Of a stretch of DNA of 64,000 nucleotides, positions 27,501-40,946 are shown in pieces (within the stretch, counting starts at the first letter, position 1; each line of letters begins with the position of its first letter). Source of the stretch: Octopus vulgaris (taxonomy: Eukaryota); NCBI GenBank assembly GCA_951406725.2, contig OX597837.1:47244001-47308000 (forward strand), written 5' to 3'. The notes beneath the pieces are model-generated. The model was not told the DNA's origin, searched no databases, and was given only the letters and a program-made list of their open reading frames with translations. Position numbers and translations under genes: made by a program.

Positions 27501-28441
27501 CTCAACTGCTAGGGTGTAGCACTTTTGCACACAACTATCTTCAGCCTTTCTCGTCACATGACCATACCAGCACAGCCGTCTCTCTTGCACACCACAACTG
27601 ACGCTTCTTAGGTTCAACTTTTCTCTCAAGGAACTTACACTCTGACGATTATGAACACTGACATTACACATCCATCGGAGCATACTGGCTTCATTTCTTG
27701 CGAGCTTACGCATATCCTCAGCAGTCACGGCCCATGTTTCACTACCATGTAGCATGGCTGTACGTACACATGCATCATACAGTCTGCCTTTTACTCTGAG
27801 CGAGAGGCCTTTTGTCACCAGCAGGGGTAAGAGCTCTCTAAACTTTGCCCAGGCTATTCTTACTCTAGCAGTTACACTTTCAGCACACCCACCCCCGCTA
27901 CTGACTTGGTCTCCTAGGTAGCGGAAGCTATCAACTACTTCTAGTTTGTCTCCCTGGAACGTGGCAGAAGTTGGTCTCTGCACATTTCCAGTGTTTATTG
28001 CTCCTGAGCATTTGCCACAGACAAAAACTATTTTCCTAGTTAGCCTTCCTTTGACATTGCTGCACCTCTTATGTGTCCATAGCTTACACTTGGTGCATCT
28101 TATAGAGTTTCTACCTACACCTTTTTTACAGATCGAGCAGGGCCATCTACCTGAAGGCGTTTGTGATTGATCTACCTTCCTACTTATTAGGACTTTGGTT
28201 TTGGCTAGGTTGATTCTAAGGCCCTTCGATTCTAATCCTTGTTTCCACACCTGAAACTTCTCCTCCAGTTCTGATAGTGACTCAGCAATTAGAGCAAGGT
28301 CATCAGCATAGAGGAGCTCCCAGGGGCAACCTGTCTTGAATTCCTCCGTTATTGCCTGGAGGACTATGATAAATAGGAGGGGACTGAGGACTGAACCTTG
28401 GTGGACCCCAACCTCTACCCGGAATTCTTCACTGTACTCGT

Positions 28442-28444
<3 letters not shown>
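24523..28444 (-). mobile_element. Young 5'-truncated RTE LINE with expanded 3' UTR
   Basis: Uninterrupted RT C-terminal frame 27357-28444 ([41 protein letters not shown]); UTR runs to the (GAT)n tail at 24523-24546; TA tracts on both sides. Confidence 0.95.
24695..27360. repeat. Hierarchical tandem array of RTE 3' UTR (about 300-450 bp units with 60-bp and about 33-bp subunits)
   Basis: About 7 recurrences of GATACAAATTCCATTGATGTTCATCTATTTTGATTTG and many of CTTGCCTCAACAGGTCTTCACAAGTGTCACA. Confidence 0.9.
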
Positions 28445-29545
<1,101 letters not shown>

Positions 29546-30397
29546 GAAAACATGCTGGAGAAAGAGAAAGAAAGTGAAAAGGGTGACTGAGAAGAAGAGA
29601 GAAAGAGGAGAGTGAGGGGGAGAAAGGCAGAGAGATCTGAACATAGCAAAGAACCGGTACCACCACTACTACTACTATTACTACTACTATTACTGCAGCA
29701 GCAGCATGTTGATAGGCGGTGGTTCACACATGATCATTTCAAATATCACTTGTGACTCGTTCACGCTAATTCATTGGCAACATTTCGCTTCCACAAAGCA
29801 TTTGTTATTGTAATTGTTGTTGTTGTTGTTGTTGCTGACTTTACTCTAAAAAATGTTGATGTTGTTGTCGTAGCAGTTTGTTACTAATGCTTTGTTTCAA
29901 CTATTATTAATATTGTTTCTTTTAGTAGTAAATGGTCACTCTATAGAATAACGTCTGAAATTATGTAATAGAACCCGAAACTGAAATTCCTTGAAATGTT
30001 TTTGATTTTGGCATCATAGGTTAGGATTCTAATAAATAAATGGTGCAAAGTAAAGAAAGAATAAGAAAAGCTGTGGAGATACCTTTCTCTTTTTTATAAT
30101 TTTTCAGTTTTGACTTTACAAAATTGTTTTTTTCCCAGGTTTGTTTTTAAAAGAAATGCATATTTTTTAAGACCCAAAATTTCAGACATTTAAGACGATT
30201 TTCGAAAAAAAGTCAAAACTGAAAAACTACCTAAAGTTTACCATTTATTTAAGGTTACTATTTATTTATTTTGTGAAATCTTTTTACCTTTTATCTTTTA
30301 CATTTTTCAGTCACTGGTCAGCAAACATGTTGGGACACCATCTTGCAGGGTTTGGTCCAAAAAATCAATCGCTGCACTTTCTTTTTTTTTTATTATA

Positions 30398-30785
30398 GGC
30401 GTAGGAGTGGCTGTGTGGTAAATAGCTTGCTTACCAACCACATGGTTCCGGGTTCAGTCCCACAGCGTGGCACTTTGGGCAAGTGTCTTCAACTATAGCC
30501 TCAAGCCGACCAAAGCCTTGTGAGTGGATTTGGTAGACGGAAACTGAAAGAAGCCTGCTGTATATATCTATATATATATATGTGTGTGTGTCTGTGTTTG
30601 TCCCTCCAACATCACTTGACAACAGATGTTGGTGTGTTTACGTCCCCGTCACTTAGCGGTTTGGCAAAAGAGACTGATAGAATAAGTACTAGGTTTACAA
30701 AGAATAAGTCCTGGGGTTGATTTGTTCGACTAAAGGCGGTGCTCCAGCATGGCCACAATCAAATGACTGAAACAAGTAAAAGAGT
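30398..30785 (+). mobile_element. tRNA-derived SINE (family A), full-length
   Basis: GGCGTAGGAGTGGCTGTGTGGT (A box) ... GGTTCAGTCCC (B box); central microsatellite; tail GACTGAAACAAGTAAAAGAG. Confidence 0.85.
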
Positions 30786-31750
30786 ATTCTGTGATTGAGA
30801 AGGAAACTCTTTACCATACATCAAATGTTAAAAACATACCCATCTGAAGAAATTAGAGGTTTGGATGCACTAGGTTTGGATGCAATTCCCAATTCTCTTA
30901 TATAACAACGCTAAACAATTAGATCGATTGTGGTGAACCCTGCCAACAAATAACCCAGACACCATATTCATGGAAAAGCAATGTTTTCCAGTTGTTCTTT
31001 GAAACCAAATGTGTCTCTGCTGATTATGTTATAACCTTAATCCATACTCATCCTCTGACTCACCAACTACAACAGAATTGATATCCTAAAACCAAGGCAC
31101 CACATAAAAAGCATTTGTGTTGGTGCCACATAAAAAGCACCAAATACACTCCGTAAGGTTGTTGGCTTTAGGAAGAGCATGCAACTGTAGAAGACAGGCC
31201 AAAACAGATTATGGAATCACACACATAAATACAAGAGTTACAGAACGGAGTATGGAAGATCCAGGCTACATATGTTTCATAGTGAATGGAACCCCAGAAG
31301 TGGTAAAATCCCAGTGAGGTGTCTACCTCCAGCTACTCTTCAGGCCAAGGATATCTTGATTAGAGTAAAGGCTACATTGTTGCAAGGGGGTACATATTGA
31401 CGCAAAGAAGATTCAATCAAAATGTGTGGAGGGTACAGAATGTAGGGGGTATATAAATGTGGGGAGAAATAAGTAATAGAAGGGAAGAAAGAGAAAGAAA
31501 AATAAATAACTAAAATACAATATAGGGGAGTGAGAGAAAGGAGGAATTGGACAACACGGAATTTGGTCAGTGAACAGGTCGTGGTCCTCAAAGCGCCGAA
31601 AATATTTTGGCAAATTAAATTTAAATGTTGAAGTGAATCTAATGGTTTTTGTGTGTTTTTAAATGACTTATAAACACCTTCCATGCTCAGTTGTTTTCGT
31701 TCCAGCACACAATCTCAGATCAGGTCACTTGCTATGCAAGTACATCTCCG

Positions 31751-31788
<38 letters not shown>

Positions 31789-32129
31789 CGCTTTTGGATT
31801 TGGTTTGCAAGATTCTTTATGTAAAACATATGGTCATGTGTGTATGTGTGCTTACATATTACCTATGTACCTACCCACCTGTATTATGTCTATCTGTTTA
31901 CATTCATATCCATTTGCCTACATACATGTATATATACATATACACACATATATACATACATATATATATACATATATATATACACACACACACACACACA
32001 TGTCCTTGTGTGAAGTGAAGTGCGTGTATATATGGTCATGTGTTTCAGTCTTCATTTATGTATATGTGTATGTGTACTTGTCTGTGCATGTTACCTATGT
32101 ACCTATCAGTCAGTATGTCTATCTGTTTA

Positions 32130-33020
32130 CATTCCATGGTAGTGAAACATGGGCTGTGACTGCAGAGGACATGTGTAGGCTTGAAAGAAATGAAGCTAGC
32201 ATGATCCGCTGGATGTGTGATGTCAGTGTGCACACACAACAGAGTGTAAGCGCACCGAGAGAAATGCTGGACATAAGAAGCATCAGATGTGGCGTGCAAG
32301 AGAGACGTTTGCGCTGGTATGGTCATGTACTACGGATGGATGAGGAGAGATGTGTGAAGAAGTGCCACTTCCAAACAGTTGAAGGAATCCAAGGTAGAGG
32401 TAGACCCAGGAAGACATTGGATGAGGTGGTCAAGCAAGACCTTCGAACATTGGGCCTCACAGAGGCAATGACGAAAGACCAAGACCTGTGGAGATATGCT
32501 GTGGCTGCGAAGACCCGACAAATAAAGTGAGTTCATGGCTGTTTCCTGCACCAGCTTCACATAGAATCCCCAACCCATCCAAAGTACCTTGGATCACAGG
32601 ACGACCTGCTGTGCTTACCTGTGCTTGAGGAGACCTATTGAGTCAAGTACATCAAAATAAATATCAAATGGAAATTGTAGTTGTGATACCTGTGCCGGTG
32701 GCACATAAAAAGCACCATCCAAACATGGAAAATGCCAGTGCCACCTTGACTGGCTTCTGTGCCGGTGGCATGTAAAAAGCACCAACCGATTGTGGCCACT
32801 GCCAGCCTCCCCTGGCACCCGTGCCGGTGGCACGTAAAAAGCACCCACTACACTCACTGAGTGGTTGGCATTATGAAGGGCATCCAGCTGTAGAAACACT
32901 GCCAGATCAGACTGGAGCCTGGTGCAGCCTCCTGGCTTCCCAAACTCCGGTCGAACTGTCCAACCTGTGCTAGCACGGAAAACGGATGTTAAACGATGAT
33001 GTTGATGATGATGATGATGA
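32130..33020 (+). mobile_element. RTE LINE 3' end with UTR and tail
   Basis: [31 protein letters not shown] then UTR and (GAT)n. Confidence 0.9.
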
Positions 33021-33371
33021 CACATATATAATAATACAAAAATGGGACACGAACGCAAACATCCTTACAGTTAGGTGATACGAAAAAGGGACAAAACATC
33101 CAGACAGACGATACAAAGAAAACAAAGATGGGTTATTTGGAGTTTTCTATCATCAGTCAAGTTCCAGATCATCTTTGCAATTTCAGCTGGTTATACTCAA
33201 GATTGCTCCAATCTGGCCAGCCCCAAGGAAAACCTAAGCTAAGAGCATTAGATTCCTTGGAAGAAAGCAGCGAATGTATACAAAGGATAGAAAGAAACAG
33301 GAAAGTTACACAAATACAAATGCAATAAACAGGACATATATATATATATATATATATACATATGTCTGTGG

Positions 33372-33890
33372 TCAGCCTCGCCTGGCCCCCGTGCCGGTGG
33401 CACGTAAAAGCACCATCCGTTCGTGTCCGTTGCCAGCCTCGCCTGGCCCCCGTGCCGGTGGCACGTAAAAGCACCATCCGTTCGTGTCCGTTGCCAGCCT
33501 CGCCTGGCCCCCGTGCCAGTGGCACGTAAAAGCACCATCCGTTCGTGTCCGTTGCCAGCCTCGCCTGGCCCCCGTGCCGGTGGCACGTAAAAGCACCATC
33601 CGTTCGTGGCCGTTGCCACCCTCGCCTGGCCCCCGTGCCGGTGGCACGTAAAAGCACCATCCGTTCGTGGCCGTTTGCCAGCTCCGTCTGGCTCCTGTGC
33701 GGGTGGCACGTAAAAAGCACCCACTACACTCACGGAGTGGTTGGCGTTAGGAAGGGCATCCAGCCGTAGAAACACTGCCAGATCAGACTGGGCCTGATGC
33801 AGCCTTCTGGCTTCACAGACCCCAGTTGAACCGTCCAACCCATGCTAGCATGGAAAGCGGACGCTAAATGATGATGATGATGATGATGAT
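33372..33890 (+). repeat. RTE 3' UTR with 5-6 tandem 60-bp units
   Basis: CCAGCCTCGCCTGGCCCCCGTGCCGGTGGCACGTAAAAGCACCATCCGTTCGTGTCCGTTG repeated; ends in (GAT)n. Confidence 0.9.
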
Positions 33891-33899
33891 ATCAAACAA

Positions 33900-35386
33900 A
33901 GGTTACAGAACAAACAAATGCAAGGTCATCCACGTAACATTTCATATCTCAAACATTTAATCATAGAACATACATTTATGACATCACGGAAGATGAAACA
34001 TAACTCATCTGTACAAGCATATAAGAAAATGCCAGAAAAATGTGTGAATACAGTTCATCACGGTTAAAAGTTAATACTTTAGCGATTAAGAAATGTATAT
34101 TTTTTAAAAAACATTACAACACCTAGAAAATAAATACTTAAAAATATAGTATAAAGTAATATATAAATATATAGGTATATAAAAATATATAAAAATATAT
34201 ATATATAGGAAGCATATAAATAAGTAATATATAATATATAATGTAAAATCAAAGTTCATCGTTTAGAAAATCTTTTAAAAAATACTTTTCAGATAAGGGA
34301 AACCTATAGTTAAAAGCCAGTGTCCAAGCAAAAAAGAAGAAACCATATTTACATTCCCTGTGGCCATTTCAGGGGTACATCACTAGGGTGCATCACAATA
34401 ATAACTCCTTCGTCAGGGGAAAAAATAGAGAGACAGACATCATCACGTACCAGGGCGAGACCTCCTTAACCAGACTTAACACAATATTGTGTGCTTTCTT
34501 ATTGAAGAAGTCATGCTTAGATGAGCCCAGAAGAAAGAATTAAAGCAGTAAAAAAAAAAAAAACAGTTAAAGTTTTTTTATAAATTAAAAAAAAAAATGG
34601 GTGTATTAAATCAAATTCAACCTCCGTGGTTTCAATTCCCTGTAAGAGCTAAATTATTTGGTTTGCTACAACTTATTTTATTCCTATACACTTTTAAGAA
34701 TGTAGATGAAAATTTATGTATGCAAAAAGGAATCACGTCAGTAAATTTATTCAGAGTGTGTGGTCCATAACCCCTAAGGATGGTAAGGGATTCCCTTATG
34801 CACAGCTTACACCTGTTAATATTTCCCTTGAAATTTGGGGTTTTAGAGATAATGGACCATTCTAGATAATAATTCTTATTATTTTTCTTCAAATTATGTA
34901 TATGGGATGCAAGTGTTGTTGAATTACAATATTTATCGTTAGAAAATGAGCTCATATGTGATCTATATCTAGCCTCAAAATCTACCGTGCTACCTATATA
35001 AAATTTATTTAACTTATCCTCGTCCTTGACTATACATTTATATATGACATTAGTAACTAGACAGGAACCATCTAAAGGACATAATTCGGGGTTTCTACAA
35101 TTACATTTCTTCCCGGGGCCTTTCCTAGTTTTATTTCTATTGTTACCATTACTTTTTGTGTCTCCAGTTCTAGACAGGTTTTCCTCTTTCATTCCATCAA
35201 ATCTTCCCTTATTACATGGGTTCGATAGACCCGGTAAAGGCAGACTATTTGTACCATTGGCATTAGGCGTTACAGAATTATTATTTGCAGGTCCTTGGTC
35301 ATCTTCAAAAGAACTTTTCCAGCAATTCCGCCCAGCAAGCTTGCTTCTATTGATTGATGCAATAATCGAAGCAAAGTTAGGCATTT
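33900..35386 (-). mobile_element. Penelope-like element 3' portion (GIY-YIG endonuclease plus terminal repeat)
   Basis: ORF 34632-35384: CNCR..CPLDGSCL..VIYKC..FYIGST..RYRSH..LASHIHNLK..WSII..CKLC; truncated at a TA tract; hammerhead-like motif downstream. Confidence 0.9.
34355..34420 (-). ncRNA. Degenerate type I hammerhead ribozyme motif in Penelope terminal repeat
   Basis: TCCC CTGACGA AGGAG..CCCT GAAA TGGCCA CA GGGA; stem I TCCC/GGGA, palindromic stem III; cleavage triplet mutated. Confidence 0.6.
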
Positions 35387-35469
35387 ATATATATACACAT
35401 ATAAATATACAATCGCGCGTTACAAGGCAGAGAATAAGTGGTAGTCAGAAGGGGCAAGGTCAGGAGAAT

Positions 35470-36010
35470 ACAGTGGGTGCACCGTAATCTCCCAGCCCAC
35501 CTCCTTCAGCTACCCTGACGTCTTCTTTGCACGATGTGCTGGCGTGTTGTCTTGGTGCTAAATTATATTCTTCAAATTTGAGCGTATTTCGGCAAGTGCA
35601 ATCTTTAGAGGGTTGATTTCTTCACAGTAGACATTCTTGTCAACGGTCGTATTGCATGGTAATCCCACCAAAGTGAGATCATAACCTTCTTTTGCACAAG
35701 CGGTCATTTAGTAAAGGTTTTGACTGTTGACCTTTGCTACACCAGGATCGTCTGTGCCTCACGTTGGAGTACAGTACCCACTTTTCATCCATAGTGATTC
35801 CTGACTCCAACCATTCCAAACTTCGGCTTCGCCAGAGCAGACTTTGACATGCAGTGACACGTGCTTGTTTGTTCCCTTCAGTCAATTCATGTGGCACCCA
35901 TTTTCCAAGACGATGCAGGTGGTTGATGATCGGGACATGGGAGACGCCAAACTGTACCACAAGTTGAGGTACAGTTTGCATTGGATCAGCTTCAATGATT
36001 TGTTCAAGAA
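35470..36010 (-). mobile_element. mariner transposase remnant
   Basis: GKWVPHEL and ITMDEKWVLY motifs. Confidence 0.85.
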
Positions 36011-36757
36011 CTTTCACAGATCCTCCTCCATGTTTAACAGTTGGAAGAAAGCAGTCAGGGGTCAAATGCTTCTTTTGACTGTCTCCACACATATACTCAG
36101 CCGGTGGTTAGAAATAAGGTAAAGAATGACTCCTCTGAGAAACTAACATTCTTCCACTGCTCAATTCCGCAGGTTTTTACTCCACTCTAAACTTTTTGCA
36201 ACATTTGTTTTTAAAAGAAGTGGTTTTCTGATTGCAGCCCTCCCATGAAATCCAGCTTTGTGCAGCTCCCGGCAAACAATTTTGTGAAACTGGATTCTTG
36301 AGGTGGTCATTAAGCTCTGCAGTAATTTTGGGAGCTGCACTTTTGTCATCCTTTCTAACAATTCACATAAGAGTCTGAGGGTCCCTATCTGAATGTTTTG
36401 GTTTCTTCCAGAGTTTTGTTTCAACAAGGAGGTTTCTCCCTCTTTCTCAAAGGCTGTCCTTATTTGCAAGACAGTACTTCTTGATACACAAACCATTTCG
36501 ACTGTTTTCGTTACGCTAGTACCTGCCATACAAGCACCAACAATTTGACCTCATTGAAAGTCTAATAGATCTGTCATTTTAATGAATTTTAATTACCTTT
36601 TTCTGATAATATCTGAAAAGAAACAGCAATTTTAGCAAAACATATTAAGCAATAATGATAATAAATTAAAAAACATAAAAATAAACAAGCATTTCACGGT
36701 TTTATAGATATTTAAAAATTATGCTGGGTGTTTCCATTATTTTGTCCAACTCCTGTA
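36010..36757 (-). mobile_element. Tc1-like transposon, 5' part
   Basis: TA|CAGGAGTTGGACAAAATAATGGAA terminus; HTH region, RELHKAGFHGRAAIRKPLL, PTVKHGGGSV. Confidence 0.85.
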
Positions 36758-37849
36758 CACACACATTATTTAGTCATTGGTAAGGCTAGTCAGAAAGTTA
36801 CAATTGGTTTCATGTCTATTATTGCTCATAGTAAGGTAGGTGACTCATGAGAACTGCTGGCCATAGGAACATAACCTCTTTACTACTGGAGGTAAGAAGC
36901 ATTAGCAAAGAAAATTGCTTTTATTACTATCAAAGGCCACAAATGGAAATTCCCCTCCAATCCCAACTCCTGCCTGATTAACCCAACTGAATCAGATACG
37001 AGGTTGGTGAGTAAACCTATTTTGAGAAAGATCAAAGATGACAAAGATGCCCATCCAGACTCTCCTTATGGCATATATTTTTAAAGAAGTTATTTCATGG
37101 TTGAAAGCAAACCAGGCGAGAGGCAAGGCAAGGTTCACCCAATTCAATAGAGTGGATCCTTATCCATCTACATTGAAAGGAATACTAGTGCTTATATTAA
37201 GACCAGTTTCTTTGGTCTTAAGTTTACAACTAAGACCAATCTTGCTTTTAAGATGTTACACTCAATTTCAGTACAGGGTAGTGTTCATGTAAAGAGTTCA
37301 GGCCACTCTTTACATGAACACCACCCTGTACATAACTCCATGTCCCCCTACATGGCCTTGCTTTTTGCTTTTTGAGCCAAAAAATTAACTAACTAACTAA
37401 CTACTCACCTATTGTGTTAGAGAACCTAATGAAGGGTGTCTTTGAATAAAAACATTTCCAATACTGCAGACCCCTATCACACACAAAAACATAGAGCAAA
37501 TGCTTCATAATTACATACAAGTATCATAAACAACAACAGATCCTCTAGTTGGTCATACAACCTGCTAGAAATAGCAACCAAATCTAACATCACCATATGT
37601 CTGCTGTCTTGAAAAGGTAAGGACACATCAGATGATTAGATGATGTAGCCCTTGGTACACAATTGCAAAAGGAAGGACGAGATGGGATTGTCAAGGCCAG
37701 GTTGTCTTTGAGTGTAGATCCACTGAGTCAGTTTTGATCTATGGTTAAAAAACGTTTTCCAGGCTGTGCTCAGTTTACAAAATTTGCACAGAGAGGGATG
37801 ATGTCCTTTTACGCAGCTTTCACTCTCCTTTCTAATTCATGAATATATA

Positions 37850-38195
37850 TCTACAATAAAAATCCAGTTCTGTCTGTGTGTAAAATATTATAATGGCTGT
37901 ATTTTTTAACTGATTTTCTCCAAACTGGGAACATACATATGTTCCAGGGACAGTTTTAGACTCTTAAAATTTGTCACATAATGAGTAACTAGCCCCCTGG
38001 GGGGCAGAAAACACCCATTCCTGTGTTACATGGACAAGGGAGGTAACTCTTTGCAAAATAACTTTCAGAAATTGATTGTCTCCCTTATATCCATTGGTCA
38101 AAAAATTATTACAATCTCAATTAATATATAAAATAGACATGTGTGTGTATTCACTTTTCATGCAAAAACAGCTTCACCAATTGCTTCCATAGTAT
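37850..38195 (+). mobile_element. Probable non-autonomous Helitron
   Basis: a|TCTACAATAAAA..TCTGTCTGTG 5' end; shares GGGA(G/A)GTAACTCT with 46010-46114. Confidence 0.4.
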
Positions 38196-39012
38196 ATATA
38201 TAATCGTCCAACCCATGCTAGCATGGAAAGCAGACGTTAAACGATGATGATGATGATGATGATATATATATATCTATATATATATGGAATCTGTGGAAGA
38301 TGTAAACCTAGAAAGATGTGGGATGAGGTGGTGAAATATGATCTTCGAATATGATCTCGCAGAGGCAATGACAAGTGACTGAGATTGCATTTGAATCTGT
38401 AGAAGCATTTTCTTAGTCACATAAATTAATGCTAATATTTTTTTTTTTAAACCTGGTACTTATTCAAACAATCTCTTTTGCTGATCTGCTAAGCTACAGG
38501 GTTGTCAAGAAGTGATGGAGGACAAACACGGACACAAAGACACACACACACACATATATATATTCTTTTAAAGCTGTGGCCATGCTGGTCTTCATTCAGT
38601 TTCCATCAACCAAATCCACTCACAAGGCTTTGGTTGGCCTGAGGCCATAGTAGAAGACACTTGCCCAAGGTGTCATGCAGTGGGACTGAACCCAGAACCA
38701 TGTGGTTGGGAAGCAAGCTTCTTACCATACAGCTATGTCTGTGCCTCCACACAGCCACTCTTGACCAACCAGATTATCAGATGTTACACATTGCTGGTCA
38801 CAGTAAGGTGCTTTGCATCGTTTTAGCCTGCTAGTTAGCCAAGCAGACAAAAACATTTCCCCCTGATCGAAAGAGGTACTGGAGCAATGTTAAATGAAGG
38901 GGTTTGCTTGAGAATACAATGTGCTGCCTGGCCTGGAAGTCAAAGTCACAATCTAGCAATTGTGAGTGCAACATCCAAACCACTAGGCCACACGCCTATA
39001 TATACATATATA

Positions 39013-39295
39013 TATCATCATCATCATCATCAGCATCATCGTTTAACGTTCGTTCTCCATGTTAGCATGGGTTGGACGGTTCGACCGGGGATCTGGGAAG
39101 CCAGAAGGCTGCACCAGGCTCCGGTCTTATCTGGCAATGTTTCTACAGCTGGATGCCCTTCTTAACGCCAACCACTCTGTGAGTGTAGTGGGTGCTTTTT
39201 ACGTGCCACCTGCACTGGAGCCAGGCGAGGCTGGCATCGGCCACGGTTGGATTAGTGCATTTTACGTGCCACCTGCACGGAAGCCAGTCGAGAGC
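39013..39295 (-). mobile_element. RTE 3' tail between TA tracts
   Basis: (CAT)n CGTTTAACGT..CCATGTTAGCATGGGTTGGACGG. Confidence 0.85.
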
Positions 39296-39323
39296 ATGTA
39301 TATATATATATATATATATATTA

Positions 39324-39597
39324 GAAGAAATGAGGTAATCAGAAGATCGGATGGTTCATATTTATAGATATTTATTTATATATTACATTTTTTACATATA
39401 TATATCATATCATTTAGATTATTAGCGCTTTCTCCCATTCTAGTGGGGTTTTCAAATCAAATTTGATTTGAAAACCCCACTAGAATGGGAGAAAGCGCTA
39501 ATGATCTAAGTGATATGATATATATATAAAAGATGTAATATATAAATAAATATCTATAAATATGAACCATCCGATCTTCTGATTACCTCATTTCTTC
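39324..39597. repeat. Near-perfect loopless palindrome (about 137-bp arms)
   Basis: GAAGAAATGAGGTAATCAGAAGATCGGATGG ... CCATCCGATCTTCTGATTACCTCATTTCTTC; centre CAAA|TTTG at 39461/39462. Confidence 0.95.
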
Positions 39598-39657
39598 ATA
39601 TATTTAATACCTGTACATCATCTCCAAACATTCCAATATATATATATATATGGTAGC

Positions 39658-39704
<47 letters not shown>

Positions 39705-40009
39705 TTAGTGAATTGAAGAAATGGAGTTGAACGAAGATTGAACAGAAATCGTTTTATTGCATTCTACACGTGTTTCAAAAGCCACAATTTACCAAATTCC
39801 GAATTTCTTCAATTCACTAATAATATTAAAATTCAATTATCCGCACCAACGCATGGTTGCAACACCATATGGTTGTACCTCCAACCGTGCTGTCTTCTGC
39901 TGTGATTTTTGCTACCAAGGTATCGGTTAAACTTTTGATTAATCTGCAACAAGATTATTCATCTTTCTATTTCACAATATATATATATATATATGGTAGC
40001 ATGTATATA

Positions 40010-40946
40010 TGGGTGATCCATTCGGTTTGTTTCATCGTAGTTCACAATATTTGGTACAGGTATACTATTTAAGTTCTCAGCTAAATTGTTGAAATACGAG
40101 TCTATTGTAAGTCGAGAGACAACGGCTCGTACTCGTTTGATATTTTGTCATATTTGTTCTCTTAAACTGTCTTAATGTCTCATGAGAAATGCCTCAGCCC
40201 AATCTACACCCTTTGAATCTTTTCACATCGACACCTCAACGATTCAGGTGTCCTTTCACAATCAGTCGCAAATCATAGGAATCCATCAGATAGCCCTAAG
40301 AGATGCACAGCACAAGCCTTTGTCCAAGAATTTCCTCCTCATCTGAAGATAAAACAGTCTGTCTATCTTGATATTTTCCCCCAACTTGATGTGCCGATGA
40401 AGAACACTCTCAGGAATTTTGAAGTCCTCTTCTGCTTTTCTAAGTGTCATTCCATTGGCGACAGCTCTTTTGGTGGCCTCTAGCTGCTCAGGATCTATTT
40501 TGGCGTATTTTTTCTTCCCAGGAAGTGGTTTGTACTGTCGCAGCATGGTGTCCCTTTCCACCCCTACAAAACACCAAAATAGGGGTGAAAGCAGAAATCG
40601 GCAGTGGTAAGGATAACAATGGATTTTCCGGGAAATCCGACACATGCACTGTGTCTTTGGAAACCTGCTGCAAGAGGCTGAGCGGGTCGGAGCACCCTCA
40701 CTGGTACCCTGCAGAAAGAAAGTTCCGACAACTTTACCTTTTCATGACATAAACGAAACTGAGAATTCCAGTTGCCGTGGCTACCGGCAGGGTGATAATA
40801 TCAAAGTGATCCCATTGAACAAAAGTCACATATATGTACCTACAAAATAACTAGAAAGAAACGATCACAATTTGAGTCGTCTCAACTTTATTGTTCTAAA
40901 GTATTTCCTCCCGGTTATTGTCCCAATTCACCCTGGATTACGCTAT
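40010..40946 (-). mobile_element. pogo/Tigger-like transposon remnant with HTH_psq domain
   Basis: EQLEATKRAVANGMTLRKAEEDFKIPESVLHRHIK; terminal TA|GCGTAATCCAGGGTGAATTGGGAC. Confidence 0.65.

Noticed and set aside
30398-30470. tRNA genes (also at 45676 and 62886)
   Set aside because: The A/B boxes belong to SINE heads; no complete cloverleaf, and each is followed by SINE body sequence
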